DNA of 64,000 bases from Macrostomum lignano (taxonomy: Eukaryota): NCBI GenBank assembly GCA_002269645.1, contig NIVC01000140.1:496001-560000 (forward strand), given 5' to 3'. Below, piece after piece: positions 23,868 to 34,609 of this stretch (positions within the stretch are counted from its first letter, which is position 1; each line of letters opens with the position of its first letter). The notes under the pieces are model-generated. The model had not been told where the DNA came from and searched no databases. It worked only from the letters and a program-made list of their open reading frames with translations. A program made the translations under genes and the position numbers.

Positions 23868-24232
23868 GAGCAGCCTGCGCCGCGGGTTGTGATGGTGGCG
23901 CCCTCAGACACGGAGGCGTCCGGCAACAATAGGAGCATCATCACATGGGCATCATCCAGTTGGTGACCGGCGCCCTCACCATCATCTTCAGCGAGGTGGG
24001 CCTGAGCATCGACACCGTCAAGAAGATGAAGCTCAAATACGCTGGAGGCGAGTTCAGCCTGTTCGGCAGCGGAATCTGGGCCTGTCCGTTCTTCATCGGC
24101 GCCAGCATCTCCTGATTCATGGCTTCAAGGCAGGCCTGCCGCTGCACCCTGGGCTGCGTGGTCACCTGCCTGGGGCTGTCCATCGTTGCTACCTGTCTGA
24201 CCGCCTTCTCCGCCATGGCTTCTGAGGGGTGA
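23868..24232 (+). pseudogene. MS4A-like pseudogene
   Basis: From ATG 23945: MGIIQLVTGALTIIFS...[54 protein letters not shown]. In-frame TGA at 24113 (Gly in paralogs), truncation at 24230 before TM4, and a frameshift between the acceptor (23867) and the ATG. Confidence 0.85.
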
Positions 24233-24625
24233 CCGCCGCAACACTTGAATGCACATTCGTGAGCAAAATGAGGGAACAAAAAGCAGTGAAGCTGAAGCCC
24301 AGTGGAAACTATTTTGGTTTTATGTTTCTTCAAGTTTTTAAATAGATATCGCTTTGTCACAGCAGCCGAACCAGTCTAAGTGCATTCAATCAAAAGTACT
24401 TTTGCTACTGTAAATCATTTTCTGCTACATTTTTGTTCATAACTTTTCTTTCAATTGTCTGAATTTTAAAACATGTTAAGATTTTATATAGAGAAGAGTT
24501 AAAGCTATAAAATTGTGCGAAATGATGTCACTTCGATCATCAAAACGAGTTATTTTGAAAAGTAATACTACTTTTGAGACAGCCCTCGTATTATAGAAGG
24601 GGCAAAGCTACGAGATACGCAGTTT

Positions 24626-24780
24626 TGTTTTATTGCATAATTGGATGCTGCTGTTCGCATCAGCTGATGTTTTATTGCATAATTGGGTGCTGCTGTTGAC
24701 ATCAGCTGATGTTTTATTGCATAATTGGATGCTGCTGTTCGCATCAGCTGATGTTTTATTGCATAATTGGGTGCTGCTTT
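24626..24780. repeat. 42-bp tandem repeat, about 3.7 copies
   Basis: GTTTTATTGCATAATTGGATGCTGCTGTTCGCATCAGCTGAT units. Confidence 0.85.
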
Positions 24781-25066
24781 GGGGGCAGTCCAGCAGGTTA
24801 TTTATGTCTTACCGTATTACATTGCATTCAAAATTTCGCCCACTCTTCCGAGAAGCCCTGTTCTCGCATTATTTATTCGCATTCATTTTGCTCAGCTGCT
24901 TTTAAGCTGCGCCCAATTTTAACTCAATTTGCTTTGCTTTCTGTTTATCAATTAATGTATCCTATTTTCAGCTGTTACTTCGCTGTTCTCAAGCATCATG
25001 TTCTATTAGACTCATATGACTCATGTATTATGCGGTTGAGATTGAGATCAAGTGCAACAATGAGAT

Positions 25067-26179
25067 ATGAGGTTTGAGATAGTGAGAGTGGGCGAGGTTA
25101 TTTGGGATTTTTACTTTAGGCAGTCACTGAGTCCAGAGGGCGGGAGGCGGCAGTGCAGATTCACTCAGCAGGTCAGCACCGCCAGTAGCGAGCCAACCCA
25201 GTCTATCCATGCTCCGCCCCATCTCCCGCAGCAGCAGCCACAGAGTCAGGCGGTGCCTCTCGTGACGCCGCAGGTTGTGACTGGGGCACCGGTTGCCCCG
25301 AGCGGCCCCACAAACTATGCCAGCCGACTGCCGCCCTGGGTGCTGCGGGGCCACCGCATCATGGGCTTACTGCAGCTGCTGACAGGCGGTCTGCTCTTAG
25401 TCATCGGCATTTTTGGCCTGGCCGACGGCTTCAGCATCGTGATGAAGAGGCGCGGGTATTACTACTTTCGGGTTTCCTCCGCCGGCCTCTGGACCGGCCC
25501 GTTTGTCATGGCCGCTGGCATCTCCGGAATGTCGGCTGCCCGCAATGGCTGCGGCTGCGCCCTGGGCTGCGTGATCACCTGCCTGGTGCTCTCCATCATC
25601 GCCTCTGTTGCGGCTTTCTTCGCCATGGTCTCTAGCTCTGTCACTTCGGTCTTCAATCAGCACCTGATGGATCAGTACACCGCGACCAGCGGCTCCCGCG
25701 ATGACGTCGATGTCGCCTTCCGCAAGGCCTACGCCATCAGCGTCGTTTGCGCGCTGCTGTGCGCCTTGAACTTTGTGCTGGCCATCGTGCACTCCGCCTT
25801 CGCCTGCCGCGCTTCCTGCTGCTGCGTGCCGCCTGTTGCAAGCTCCCAGCAGCCGCAGCAGGTCATCTATTTGGCTCAGCCCGGATATCCGGGTCAGCAG
25901 GCTGGGTATCCGGGTCAGCAGGCCGGGTATCCGGGTCAGCAGGCTGGGTATCCGGGTCAGCAGGCCGGGTATCCGGGTCAGCAGGCCGGGTATCCGGGTC
26001 AGCAGGCCGGGTATCCGGGACAGCAGGCCGGGTATCCGGGTCAGCAGGCTGGGTATCCGGGTCAGCAGGCCGGGTATCCGGGTCAGCAGGCCGGCTCAAG
26101 CGCCTATCAATTCGCGGATTGTCCTCCACGGTACGTACAGAGCGCTGGTGAGGCTGAAAAGGTCCGGCCGACTCCATAA
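25067..26179 (+). CDS. MS4A/CD20-like four-TM protein with 10 GYPGQQA heptads and PPRY; paralog homology starts at about 25232
   Basis: [66 protein letters not shown]. The residues from ATG 25067 to 25231 have no counterpart in the paralogs and may be UTR or intron. Confidence 0.85.
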   Translation: MRFEIVRVGEVIWDFYFRQSLSPEGGRRQCRFTQQVSTASSEPTQSIHAPPHLPQQQPQSQAVPLVTPQVVTGAPVAPSGPTNYASRLPPWVLRGHRIMGLLQLLTGGLLLVIGIFGLADGFSIVMKRRGYYYFRVSSAGLWTGPFVMAAGISGMSAARNGCGCALGCVITCLVLSIIASVAAFFAMVSSSVTSVFNQHLMDQYTATSGSRDDVDVAFRKAYAISVVCALLCALNFVLAIVHSAFACRASCCCVPPVASSQQPQQVIYLAQPGYPGQQAGYPGQQAGYPGQQAGYPGQQAGYPGQQAGYPGQQAGYPGQQAGYPGQQAGYPGQQAGYPGQQAGSSAYQFADCPPRYVQSAGEAEKVRPTP

Positions 26180-27078
26180 TGCTTTGCCGGTGTGGCGTCC
26201 TCGGGTTGACCGCAGACCTCACTTAATCGTCTGCATGCCAAGAAATTTATTATTTTTTTAACTTCTGAATAATTTTATGCGAGCTTGGCAACTGCTCCCT
26301 GTGTTGCCTCTGCTTCAGCCTTGATATTGGCGCCATGCTTCTTCAAGGATGCACTTTTTAAACGGAATCTCTGGCAGTTCTGCCTTGTCTACATCGAATC
26401 TTTTCCCACAATATTTTTGTTTGTCTTTAGCTGTCATTTCAAGTCGCCGCTTCCAATGTTCCCTGTTATTCCGCTTGTCAATAGTTGCATTGTTTTGCTA
26501 TTCATATTTACTGGCTCTGCATGCCGAACTCAAATTAAGCTGATTTTTATTCAAGATATGCTGATCTGTTTTGCCGTCACCGAAAAAGCCGTCCAACAGT
26601 CGTTTTGTTATTACTAAACTGTCTACTGACCTTAGTAGACTGAATAGAGTTGTTAAAAATGTTCATAAAGTGACGCACCCGCGCAACACGGGCCAAGAGT
26701 GATTATAGAAGCACCGCAGAGTCACTTGCGTAACCCCAGAGTCGCAGGCACTAAAAAAGCTTCAAATTGACTCTTAGGCGACTCCAGGCGCAAGCTGGAA
26801 TGAGTTTGAAACGAGTCTTGGGCGCTTCTTGGCCTTGGCACCGTTTTTATCGGGACTTGCTTCTGCCCAGCTGCTTACCCGCTTTAATTAAGCATTACTT
26901 TTGCTAAATAAACAGTTTGCCAATGCGCACTGCCGTATGGTTGTTGATTTTGACCTGTCGTGCGGTTTCAAGCCTCCGATCCGAGTTCATCGGCTCTTGT
27001 TTATCATTTATGAATTTCCACAGGCAGAAATATTCAGCTGCTTTCTCTTCTTTGCAGCCACCGCAGGGAGGCTCCGTC

Positions 27079-28302
27079 ATGCTTGAGGAGCCGCAGTTCC
27101 CCGTCAGGCAGCGCAGCGCGCACAAGAATTTCGGCACCCTGGCGGTGCTCTGCGGCTGCTCGCTGGCCCTGCTGGAGGTCCTCGCCATCGTCATGCGCTC
27201 CGACTACGCCATCCGCGGCACCGGACTTTGGTGCGGCGCCGTCCTGCTGCTGTCTGGCGGCCTCGCCGTCTCCGCCGCCACCGCCCGCCACCGGCTGCGC
27301 CGGCGCTGCCTGGCGGCCGGACTGGTCGCCGCTGCGGCCCTCCTGGTGACGGCGGCTGCGGCCACCGCTGAGGCGGCCACTCTGGCCGAAAATCGGCGCC
27401 TTTACGAGCGAACTCGCATGCGGATGCGGGAGCAGGTACGAGTACGACTCGTTTTGTGCCTGTGATCTGCTTGAGCAGGTGTGATCTGCTTGAACAGGTG
27501 TGATCTGCTTGAGCAGGTGTGATCTGCTTGAGCAGGTGTGATATGCTTGAGCAGGTGTGATCTGCTTGAGCAGGTGTGATCTGCTTGAGCAGGTGTGATC
27601 TGCTTGAGCAGGTGTGATATGCTTGAGCAGGTATGATCTGTTTGAGCAGGTGTGATCTGCTTGAGCAGGTGTGATATGCTTGAGCAGGTGTGATATGCTT
27701 GAGCAGGTGTGATATGCTTGAGCAGGTGTGATCTGCTTGAGCAGGTGTGATATGCTTGAGCAGGTGTGATATGCTTGAGCAGGTGTGATCTGCTTGAGCA
27801 GGTGTGATATGCTTGAGCAGGTGTGATATGCTTGAGCAGGTGTGATATGCTTGAGCAGGTGTGATATGCTTGAGCAGGTGTGATCTGCTTGAGCAGGTGT
27901 GATATGCTTGAGCAGGTGTGATATGCTTGATCTGCTTGGTTTTGGCTGTTTGGGTCAAATGTGATCTGCAGCTTGAAACAAATGTGACCTACCAATCTGG
28001 CATGTTTGCAGGCCTATCTGGCGGTGTTCTACCTGGGCGTGGCCAAGACGGTCGTGGAGTGCCTGGCGCTGCTGCTGTCCACTGCGCAGCTTGTCTGCCT
28101 GCTCGGCTTCTACCGGCGGCTCCTCTCTGAACGGCGGGCTGGCGGCCTCAGCCTGGCGGCCGTCACGGAGGCGTCGGCCGAGCCGCTGTCGCTGCGGATG
28201 CCGCAGCCCCGGCCGCTGGAGCCGCCGCCGTACTCGCCTGTTGCCGACCCGCTGGAGCCGCCGCCGCCGCCGCCCTACTCCGAAGTGGCTGATGAAAAAT
28301 GA
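27079..28302 (+). CDS. Divergent MS4A-like four-TM protein, join(27079..27435,28012..28302), 215 aa, two PPPY motifs
   Basis: GTGLWCGAVLLLSGGLAVSAA (MS4A TM2-like) and AENRRLYE (compare AENRRMYE in the paralog). Phase-0 donor CAG|GTACGA at 27436 and acceptor TTTGCAG|GCC at 28011. Confidence 0.8.
27461..27930. repeat. 19-bp intronic minisatellite (GTGAT[C/A]TGCTTGAGCAGGT), about 24 copies
   Basis: Fills most of the intron; each unit contains GAGCAG|GT. Confidence 0.95.
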
Positions 28303-28900
28303 GAAGCTGCCAGCAAACTGAGCTGTGTGCATTCGGGCTGCCATTCGGGCTGCCTCAGTGATATAAGATAGGCCTACTGTATGATATGTCGCCTACTTAT
28401 GAGTAGCAAGTCAATAATATGAAGCAAATTTCTTTGTGTGTGCAAAAATTTTGCGAGCGTGTGTCCGCGGATTCCAATGGCATTCCAGCTATAATTAATA
28501 ATTTTGTGTCCAGCTGTACAAATATCGCCTTGCTCGCCTTTTTTGTAACTTCACTTCATTTTTTATCATTCGCTTCACGCGTCAGTTTTAATACCTTTGT
28601 TGTTTGTGATTTTCTATGCCAACCGCTTTTTATCAGGTAAGAGCGAATACCACTACTTTGGCTGTGATTTTTTAATTATGACTGTTGCTGTAGGCATTGT
28701 AATTAAACCTGGTCTTCCACGACCTCACTGGTTGCTAACCGGATGTCTGCTCAGCGCTCAGCGAATCAGTTATAACAAATTTTGAAACTGACAGTAAATT
28801 GAAATATATATATATTTACAGGCTGTTGCCATTGTGCCCAATAAGACCGCCTTCTCCGCCTCTTTGCTTCAAAACTCGCACCTGATATAGCGTAATTGCC

Positions 28901-29315
28901 TCAGCCTACCCCTGACCAACTCAGCCACTCCCTGACCAACTCAGCCACCCCCTGACCAACTCAGCCACCCCCTGACCAACTCAGCCATCCCTTGACAAAT
29001 TCAAGCCATTCCTTGGTCAACTCAGCCACCCCCTGACCAACTCAGCCATCCCTGACCAACTCAGCCACCCCCTGACAAACTCAGCCATCCCTGACCAACT
29101 CAGCCACCCCCTGACAAACTCAGCCTACCCCTGACCAACTCAGCCTACCCCTGACCAACTCAGCCACCCCCTGACCAACTCAGCCATCCCTGACCAACTC
29201 AGCCATCCCTGACCAGCTCAGCCATCCCTGACCAGCTCAGCCATCCCTGACCAACTCAGCCACCCCTGACCAACTCAGCCACCACCTGACCAACTCAACC
29301 ATCCCCTGACCAACT
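28901..29315. repeat. About 20-bp minisatellite (CCCTGACCAACTCAGCCAYC), about 20 copies, directly upstream of GRWD1
   Basis: Imperfect tandem array ending about 25 bp before the ATG. Confidence 0.9.
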
Positions 29316-29342
29316 TATCTACCTCCTGACCATTGCAGCCAG

Positions 29343-31144
29343 ATGACAACTGAAGGAGACGCGGAGCAGCAGCAGGACGCAGAGGGCAGTGATGACGAGG
29401 AGATGCTGGACGAGGAGGCAGAAGGGGAGGAGCCGCAGGAGCCGGCGCGGCCCTACCTGCCGAACAGCGGCGACCCGCAGCCCGGACCGGACGAGGAGCT
29501 GGTGATGGACCGCACGGCCTACAAGCTGTACTACCAGATGAGCGTGGAGTGGCCCTGCCTGAGCATCGATGTGCTGCCCGACCCGGAGAACGCAGCCAGT
29601 GGCGCCGCCTTCGACTTTGACGACGCCGAGCGGTCGCTGAGCTGCTTCCTGGTGTGCGGCACGCAGGCCCCCGAGGCCGGCCGCAACGCCGTCTGTGTGA
29701 TGCGCGCCGCCGGCCTGTTCCCCATGCGGCGCCGGCGCGCCGGCGAGGACGGCGAGGACTCCGACGACGACTCGGAAGAGGACTCGGACGACGAGGAGGC
29801 GGACCGACGCGGCGACGTATCCGTGGCACAGCTCCGCCACAACCGGACGGTCAACCGGATTCGAGCCTCGGACGTCACGGGCCGGCCGCTAGCGGCCACC
29901 TGGTCTGAGGCGGGCGCTGTGTACATCTTCGACCTGACCGAGGCCCTGACCGCCGTGGCCGACCACCACCTGCTGACCGAGTTCACCCGCCGGCCAGAGT
30001 CGCCCGCGCCGCTGTTCGCCTTCCGCGGCCACTCGGCCGAGGGCTTCGGGCTGGACTGGAGCCGTCTGGTGCCCGGCCGCCTGGCCAGCGGCGACTGCGC
30101 CGGCGCCATCCACGTCTGGCAGCCGGCCGAGGGCGGCGCCGGCTGGCGGGTGGACCCGCGGCCGCTGGCCGGCCACAGCGGCTCGGTGGAGGACCTGCAG
30201 TGGTCGCCCACCGAGGCCAGCGTGCTCGCCGGCTGCTCCGTCGACCGCAGCCTCCGCGTGTTCGACGTGCGCGCCAAGCCCGACAAGGCCTGCATGCTGA
30301 CCCGGCCGGACTGCCACGGCAGTGACGTGAACGTCATCGCCTGGAACCGGCTGGAGTCCCAGTACATCGTCAGCGGCGGTGACGACTGCGCTCTGCGCGT
30401 CTGGGACCTGCGCCGCTTCGCCAGCGGGGCGCCGCCTGCCTGCGAACTCAGGTGAGTGCAGCTTGGCTGCTGGGGTGCCCGAATCAGGCAGTGCCTCCCC
30501 AATATCAGGCAGTGCCTCCCCAATATCAGGCAGTGCCTCCCCAATATCAGGCAGTGCCTCCCTAACATCAGGTTGTGCCTCCCCAATATCAGGTAGTGCC
30601 TCCCCAATATCAGGCAGTGCCTCCCCAATATCAGGCAGTGCCTCCCCAACATCAGGTATTGCCTCCCCAATATCAGGCAGTGCCTCCCCAATATCAGGCA
30701 GTGCCTCCCCAATATCAGGTATTGCCTCCCCAATATCAGGCAGTGCCTCCCCAATATCAGGCAGTGCCTCCCCAACATCAGGTAGTGCCTCCCCAACATC
30801 AGGTATTGCCTCCCCAATATCAGGCAGTGCTGCTTATCCCTGTCTACCGGCATGTACCGCAACACCCCCGCCCCGCCCGCAGCTACCACAAGGGCCCGAT
30901 CACCTCAGTGCAGTGGCACCCCACGGACAGCTCGGTGTTCCTGGCCACCTCAGAGGACAACCAGCTGACGCTGTGGGACCTCGCCTGCGAAGGCGTCTCG
31001 ACAGCCGGCCTGCCGCCGCAGCTGCTGTTCATCCATATGGGCCAGCAGGAGATGAAGGAGGGCCACTGGCATCCGCAGCTTCCCGGCTTGGTGCTCAGCA
31101 CCGCGCTGGACGGCCTCAACATCTTCAAGACCATCAGCATTTAA
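29343..31144 (+). CDS. GRWD1: Glutamate-rich WD repeat protein 1 (Rrb1 ortholog), join(29343..30451,30883..31144), 456 aa
   Basis: Acidic N-terminus, [14 protein letters not shown]...EWPCLSIDV (CAF1C/H4-binding-type domain), WD40 repeats ([37 protein letters not shown]), and C-terminal [12 protein letters not shown]...[14 protein letters not shown]. Phase-2 donor (30452) and acceptor (30882) are compatible. Confidence 0.95.
30483..30830. repeat. 21-bp intronic minisatellite (CCCCAATATCAGGCAGTGCCT), about 16 copies
   Basis: Lies inside the GRWD1 intron. Confidence 0.95.
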
Positions 31145-31422
31145 CTGGCCTTAGTGGGGTGTTCTTATCAGTGCCATGTCCATCTGGAGTAAGCTGTGAA
31201 TACACTTGACCGCCTCTGGACTGGCGCCCAGCATTTTTCAACTGATTGGAGAATTTCTATTGAAGTTTGCCGCTGTATTTACGGATCTTTGTTAATTTGG
31301 CTTTAGGTGACGATTTTACTAGTCAGCCGGGCTCACAGAACTGCCTGGGCCACAAAGATGCTGCTGCTCAATGGTGATGGTCACGTCTCGTGAAATGAGC
31401 AAACAACTCATGAATTAAGCAT

Positions 31423-31990
31423 CATTCACAAACTGAGCACCATTCACAAACTCAGCACCATTCACAAACTGTGCACCATTCACAAACTGAGCTTCATTCA
31501 CAAACTGAGCACCATTCACAAACTGAGCATCATTCACAAACTGAGCTTCATTCACAAACTGAGCACCATTCACAAACTGAGCTTCATTCACAAATTGAGC
31601 ACCATTCACAGACTGAGCACCATTCACAAACTGATCTTCATTCACAAATTGAGCACCATTCACAAACTGAGCTTCATTCACAAATTGAGCACCATTCACA
31701 AACTGAGCTTCATTCACAAACTGAGCACCATTCACAAACTGAGCACCAATCACAAACTGAGCAGCAATCACAAACTGAGCACCATTCACAAACTGAGCTT
31801 CATTCACAAATTGAGCACCATTCACAAACTGAGCACCATTCACAAACTGAGCTTCATTCACAAATTGAGCACCATTCACAGACTGAGCACCATTCACAAA
31901 CTGAGCTTCATTCACAAATTGAGCACCATTCACAAACTGAGCACCATTCACAAACTGAGCTTCATTCACGAATTTGGAATCATTCACAAA
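31423..31990. repeat. 18-bp minisatellite (CATTCACAAACTGAGCAC), about 31 copies
   Basis: Tandem periodicity; source of the spurious QFVNGA ORF. Confidence 0.93.
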
Positions 31991-32589
31991 AAATTGATTG
32001 TGGCTTACAACTGCCACCCTCCACGCACAAGCCGACGGTTTTTCGCACTTCTTACTGCGAGTGACGCACAATTTACGGCACACCGAAGTGGTTGCGCAAC
32101 CAGTGGGTTGAGTTGGGAGTGAGAAGTGGTCTCTTAACTACGCACGATATGCGCGGGTGGCAATTGTGACTGTTTCTAAGCGTAGACCCGTCAAATGATA
32201 GATAGCAACAATAAATAGACTTACAGAATGCAGAGCAGCGATCGCTAAGCGAGAAGGTGCAACTGCACTAGAGTGACCTGCTGTTGAAGTTTGTCTCGTA
32301 AAAGTTCTTCATTTTGTGATCTCAGCGCGATTGCAAGATTCGAAGGTGTTGGTGGCAATAAGAGTTGGCAATTCGCTGTTTCGAAGTTGCGCATTTGCAG
32401 AAAATAACGAATCAAACAGCAGTTTTAGTCTAATACTAGCAATCTTCGCCCCCCGTTGGGGGACATCTGTATAGAATCTCTGCTCTCTACAAGTAACAAA
32501 AAGATAGCCAAATAAAGCATTCACAATCACAAAGAAAACAGACAAAATACTTAAATGAAGTGCAATGCAAAAAGAAATCATCCCAAGAC

Positions 32590-32815
32590 AGCAAGCATCC
32601 CCCAAATAGCAAGCATCCCCCAGATTGCAAGCATCCCCCGGATAGCAAGCATCCCCCAAATAGCAAGCATCACCCAGATTGCAAGCATCCCCCGGATAGC
32701 AAGCATCCCCCAGATAGCAAGCATCCCCCAGATAGCAAGCATCCCCCAGATAGCAAGCATCTTCCAGAGAGCAAGCATCCCCCAGATAGATAGCATCCCC
32801 AAATAGCAAGCATCC
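32590..32815. repeat. 18-bp minisatellite (AGCAAGCATCCCCCAGAT)
   Basis: Tandem periodicity. Confidence 0.93.
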
Positions 32816-32905
32816 ACCAGACAATAAGTAGCTAGTACGACAATTTCCTTAGCATTATAGTGGCTCCTTTAAAATTCGCTTACTTTTACGTTTGAAATTG
32901 TGTAT

Positions 32906-33770
32906 CTTTTATGTTTGACAGGGTGGCTCTTTATTGTTTGACATGGTGGCTCTTTAATGTTTGACATGGTGGCTCTTTAATGTTCGACATGGTGGCTCTT
33001 TATTGTTTGACATGGTGGCTCTTTAATGCTTGACATGGTGGCTCTTTAAAGTTTGACATAAAGTCACATATATGTTTGAGATGGTGGCTCTTAAATGTTT
33101 GACATGGTGGCTCTTAAATGTTTGACTTGGTGGCTCTTAAATGTTTGACATGGTGGCTCTTTAATGTTTGACATGGTGGCTCTTTAATGTTTGACATGGT
33201 GGCTCTTTAATGTTTGACATGGTGGCTCTTTAATGTTTGACATGGTGGCTCTTTAATGTTTGACTTGGTGGCTCTTTAATGTTTGACATGGTGGCTCTTT
33301 AATTTTTGACATGGTGGCTCTTTAATTTTTGACATGGTGGCTCTTTAATGTTTGACATGGTGGCTCTTTAAAGTTTGACATAAAGTCACATATGTTTGAC
33401 ATGGTGGCTCTTTACTGTTTGAAATGGTGGCTCTTTAATGTTCTACATGGTAACTCTTTTATGTTTGACACGGTGGCTTTTTAATGTCTGACATGGTGGC
33501 TCTTTTATGTTTGACATGGTGGCTCTTTACTGTTTGAAATGGTGGCTCTTTTATGTTCGACATGGTGGCTTTTTAATGTTTGACATGGTGGCTCTTTACT
33601 GTTTGAAATGGTGGCTCTTTTATGTTTGAAATGGTGGCTCTTTACTGTTTGACATAAAGTCACATATATGTTTGAGATGGTGGCTCTTAAATGTTTGACA
33701 TGGTGGCTTTTTAATGTTTGACATGGTGGCTCTTTTATGTTTGACATGGTGGCTCTTCTATGTTTGACAT
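32906..33770. repeat. 23-bp minisatellite (GTTTGACATGGTGGCTCTTTAAT), about 37 imperfect copies
   Basis: Tandem periodicity with interspersed variant units. Confidence 0.93.
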
Positions 33771-34254
33771 TGTGCTTCTTTTATGTTTAGCAGTTTTGTG
33801 TTTTTAAGGTGTTTTAATAAAAAAATCTTTTTGCACTACTAAGATTCGAACCCAGGTCGCTACATTAGCATTCCAGTCTGTTCGCATCTGGCTATCTCTT
33901 TTCAATTGGAGAACATGAATTGTGGCCCTTATAATTCAATTCTTACTGCAAGTCAATTGAAGTAAAAAGTTATGACATAATCAATTTCTCAGTCAGCCAG
34001 TATCAGTCTCAATTTAAGTTAGCAATATGGTTACGCAATTTTAATCAAGTTTTGTGTGCATTTCTTCGGCACTGTTTTCAACTTGTTGTGATGCAATCTT
34101 TATCACAATCAGAATTCAGCCAGTCAGTTTTTTTCTCTAGCATTCTTAAAATGCATTTCAGGTCGAAAGAGCTGCTTGACCTTTGCAAAAAAGCATGTTT
34201 TTCGAATATTTAATCCCTTTAACACTGAGCAATTTCTTAGCCAAGATGCATGTA

Positions 34255-34384
34255 CCGTCCCAGGAAAATTTCTGATCGAATGGTGCAAGTTTGAAGAAAA
34301 TCGGTTGAGCCATTTTTTCTGAAATCTATCGCATACCTACCTACCCACATACCTATATAGGATGTAGGATGTAGTATATAGGAT
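34255..34384 (-). mobile_element. Helitron/Helentron-like non-autonomous element 5' terminus
   Basis: Minus strand begins A|TCCTATATACTA, followed by a (GGTA)n microsatellite and AATGGCTCAACCGATTTTCTTCAAACTT, a layout typical of invertebrate Helitron-type non-autonomous ends. The 3' end was not located. Confidence 0.4.
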
Positions 34385-34609
34385 GTTTCAGCATCGATCG
34401 AGTCAGCTTGCAATTAAAACGAGGTCGAACACTCGACTCTGAAGTCGGGGCCGAAAGCCCGCTACTGTATTTCCGTGCCACTGATTAAAACTTAAAACCA
34501 AATTAAACACAAACTGCCTGTGGCTCCCCAGTGGGGACTGGCAGGCATTGCGTCACGGCTAAAGCCTTTTTAAAATTAAAAACTGCTGTCAGATGGGAGA
34601 TGGTCCGCG

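Noticed and set aside
33825-33895. tRNA gene on the minus strand (GGTTCGAATC at 33843-33852)
   Set aside because: A B box is present but I could not form acceptor, D and anticodon stems; probably a transposon-borne tRNA-like fragment.
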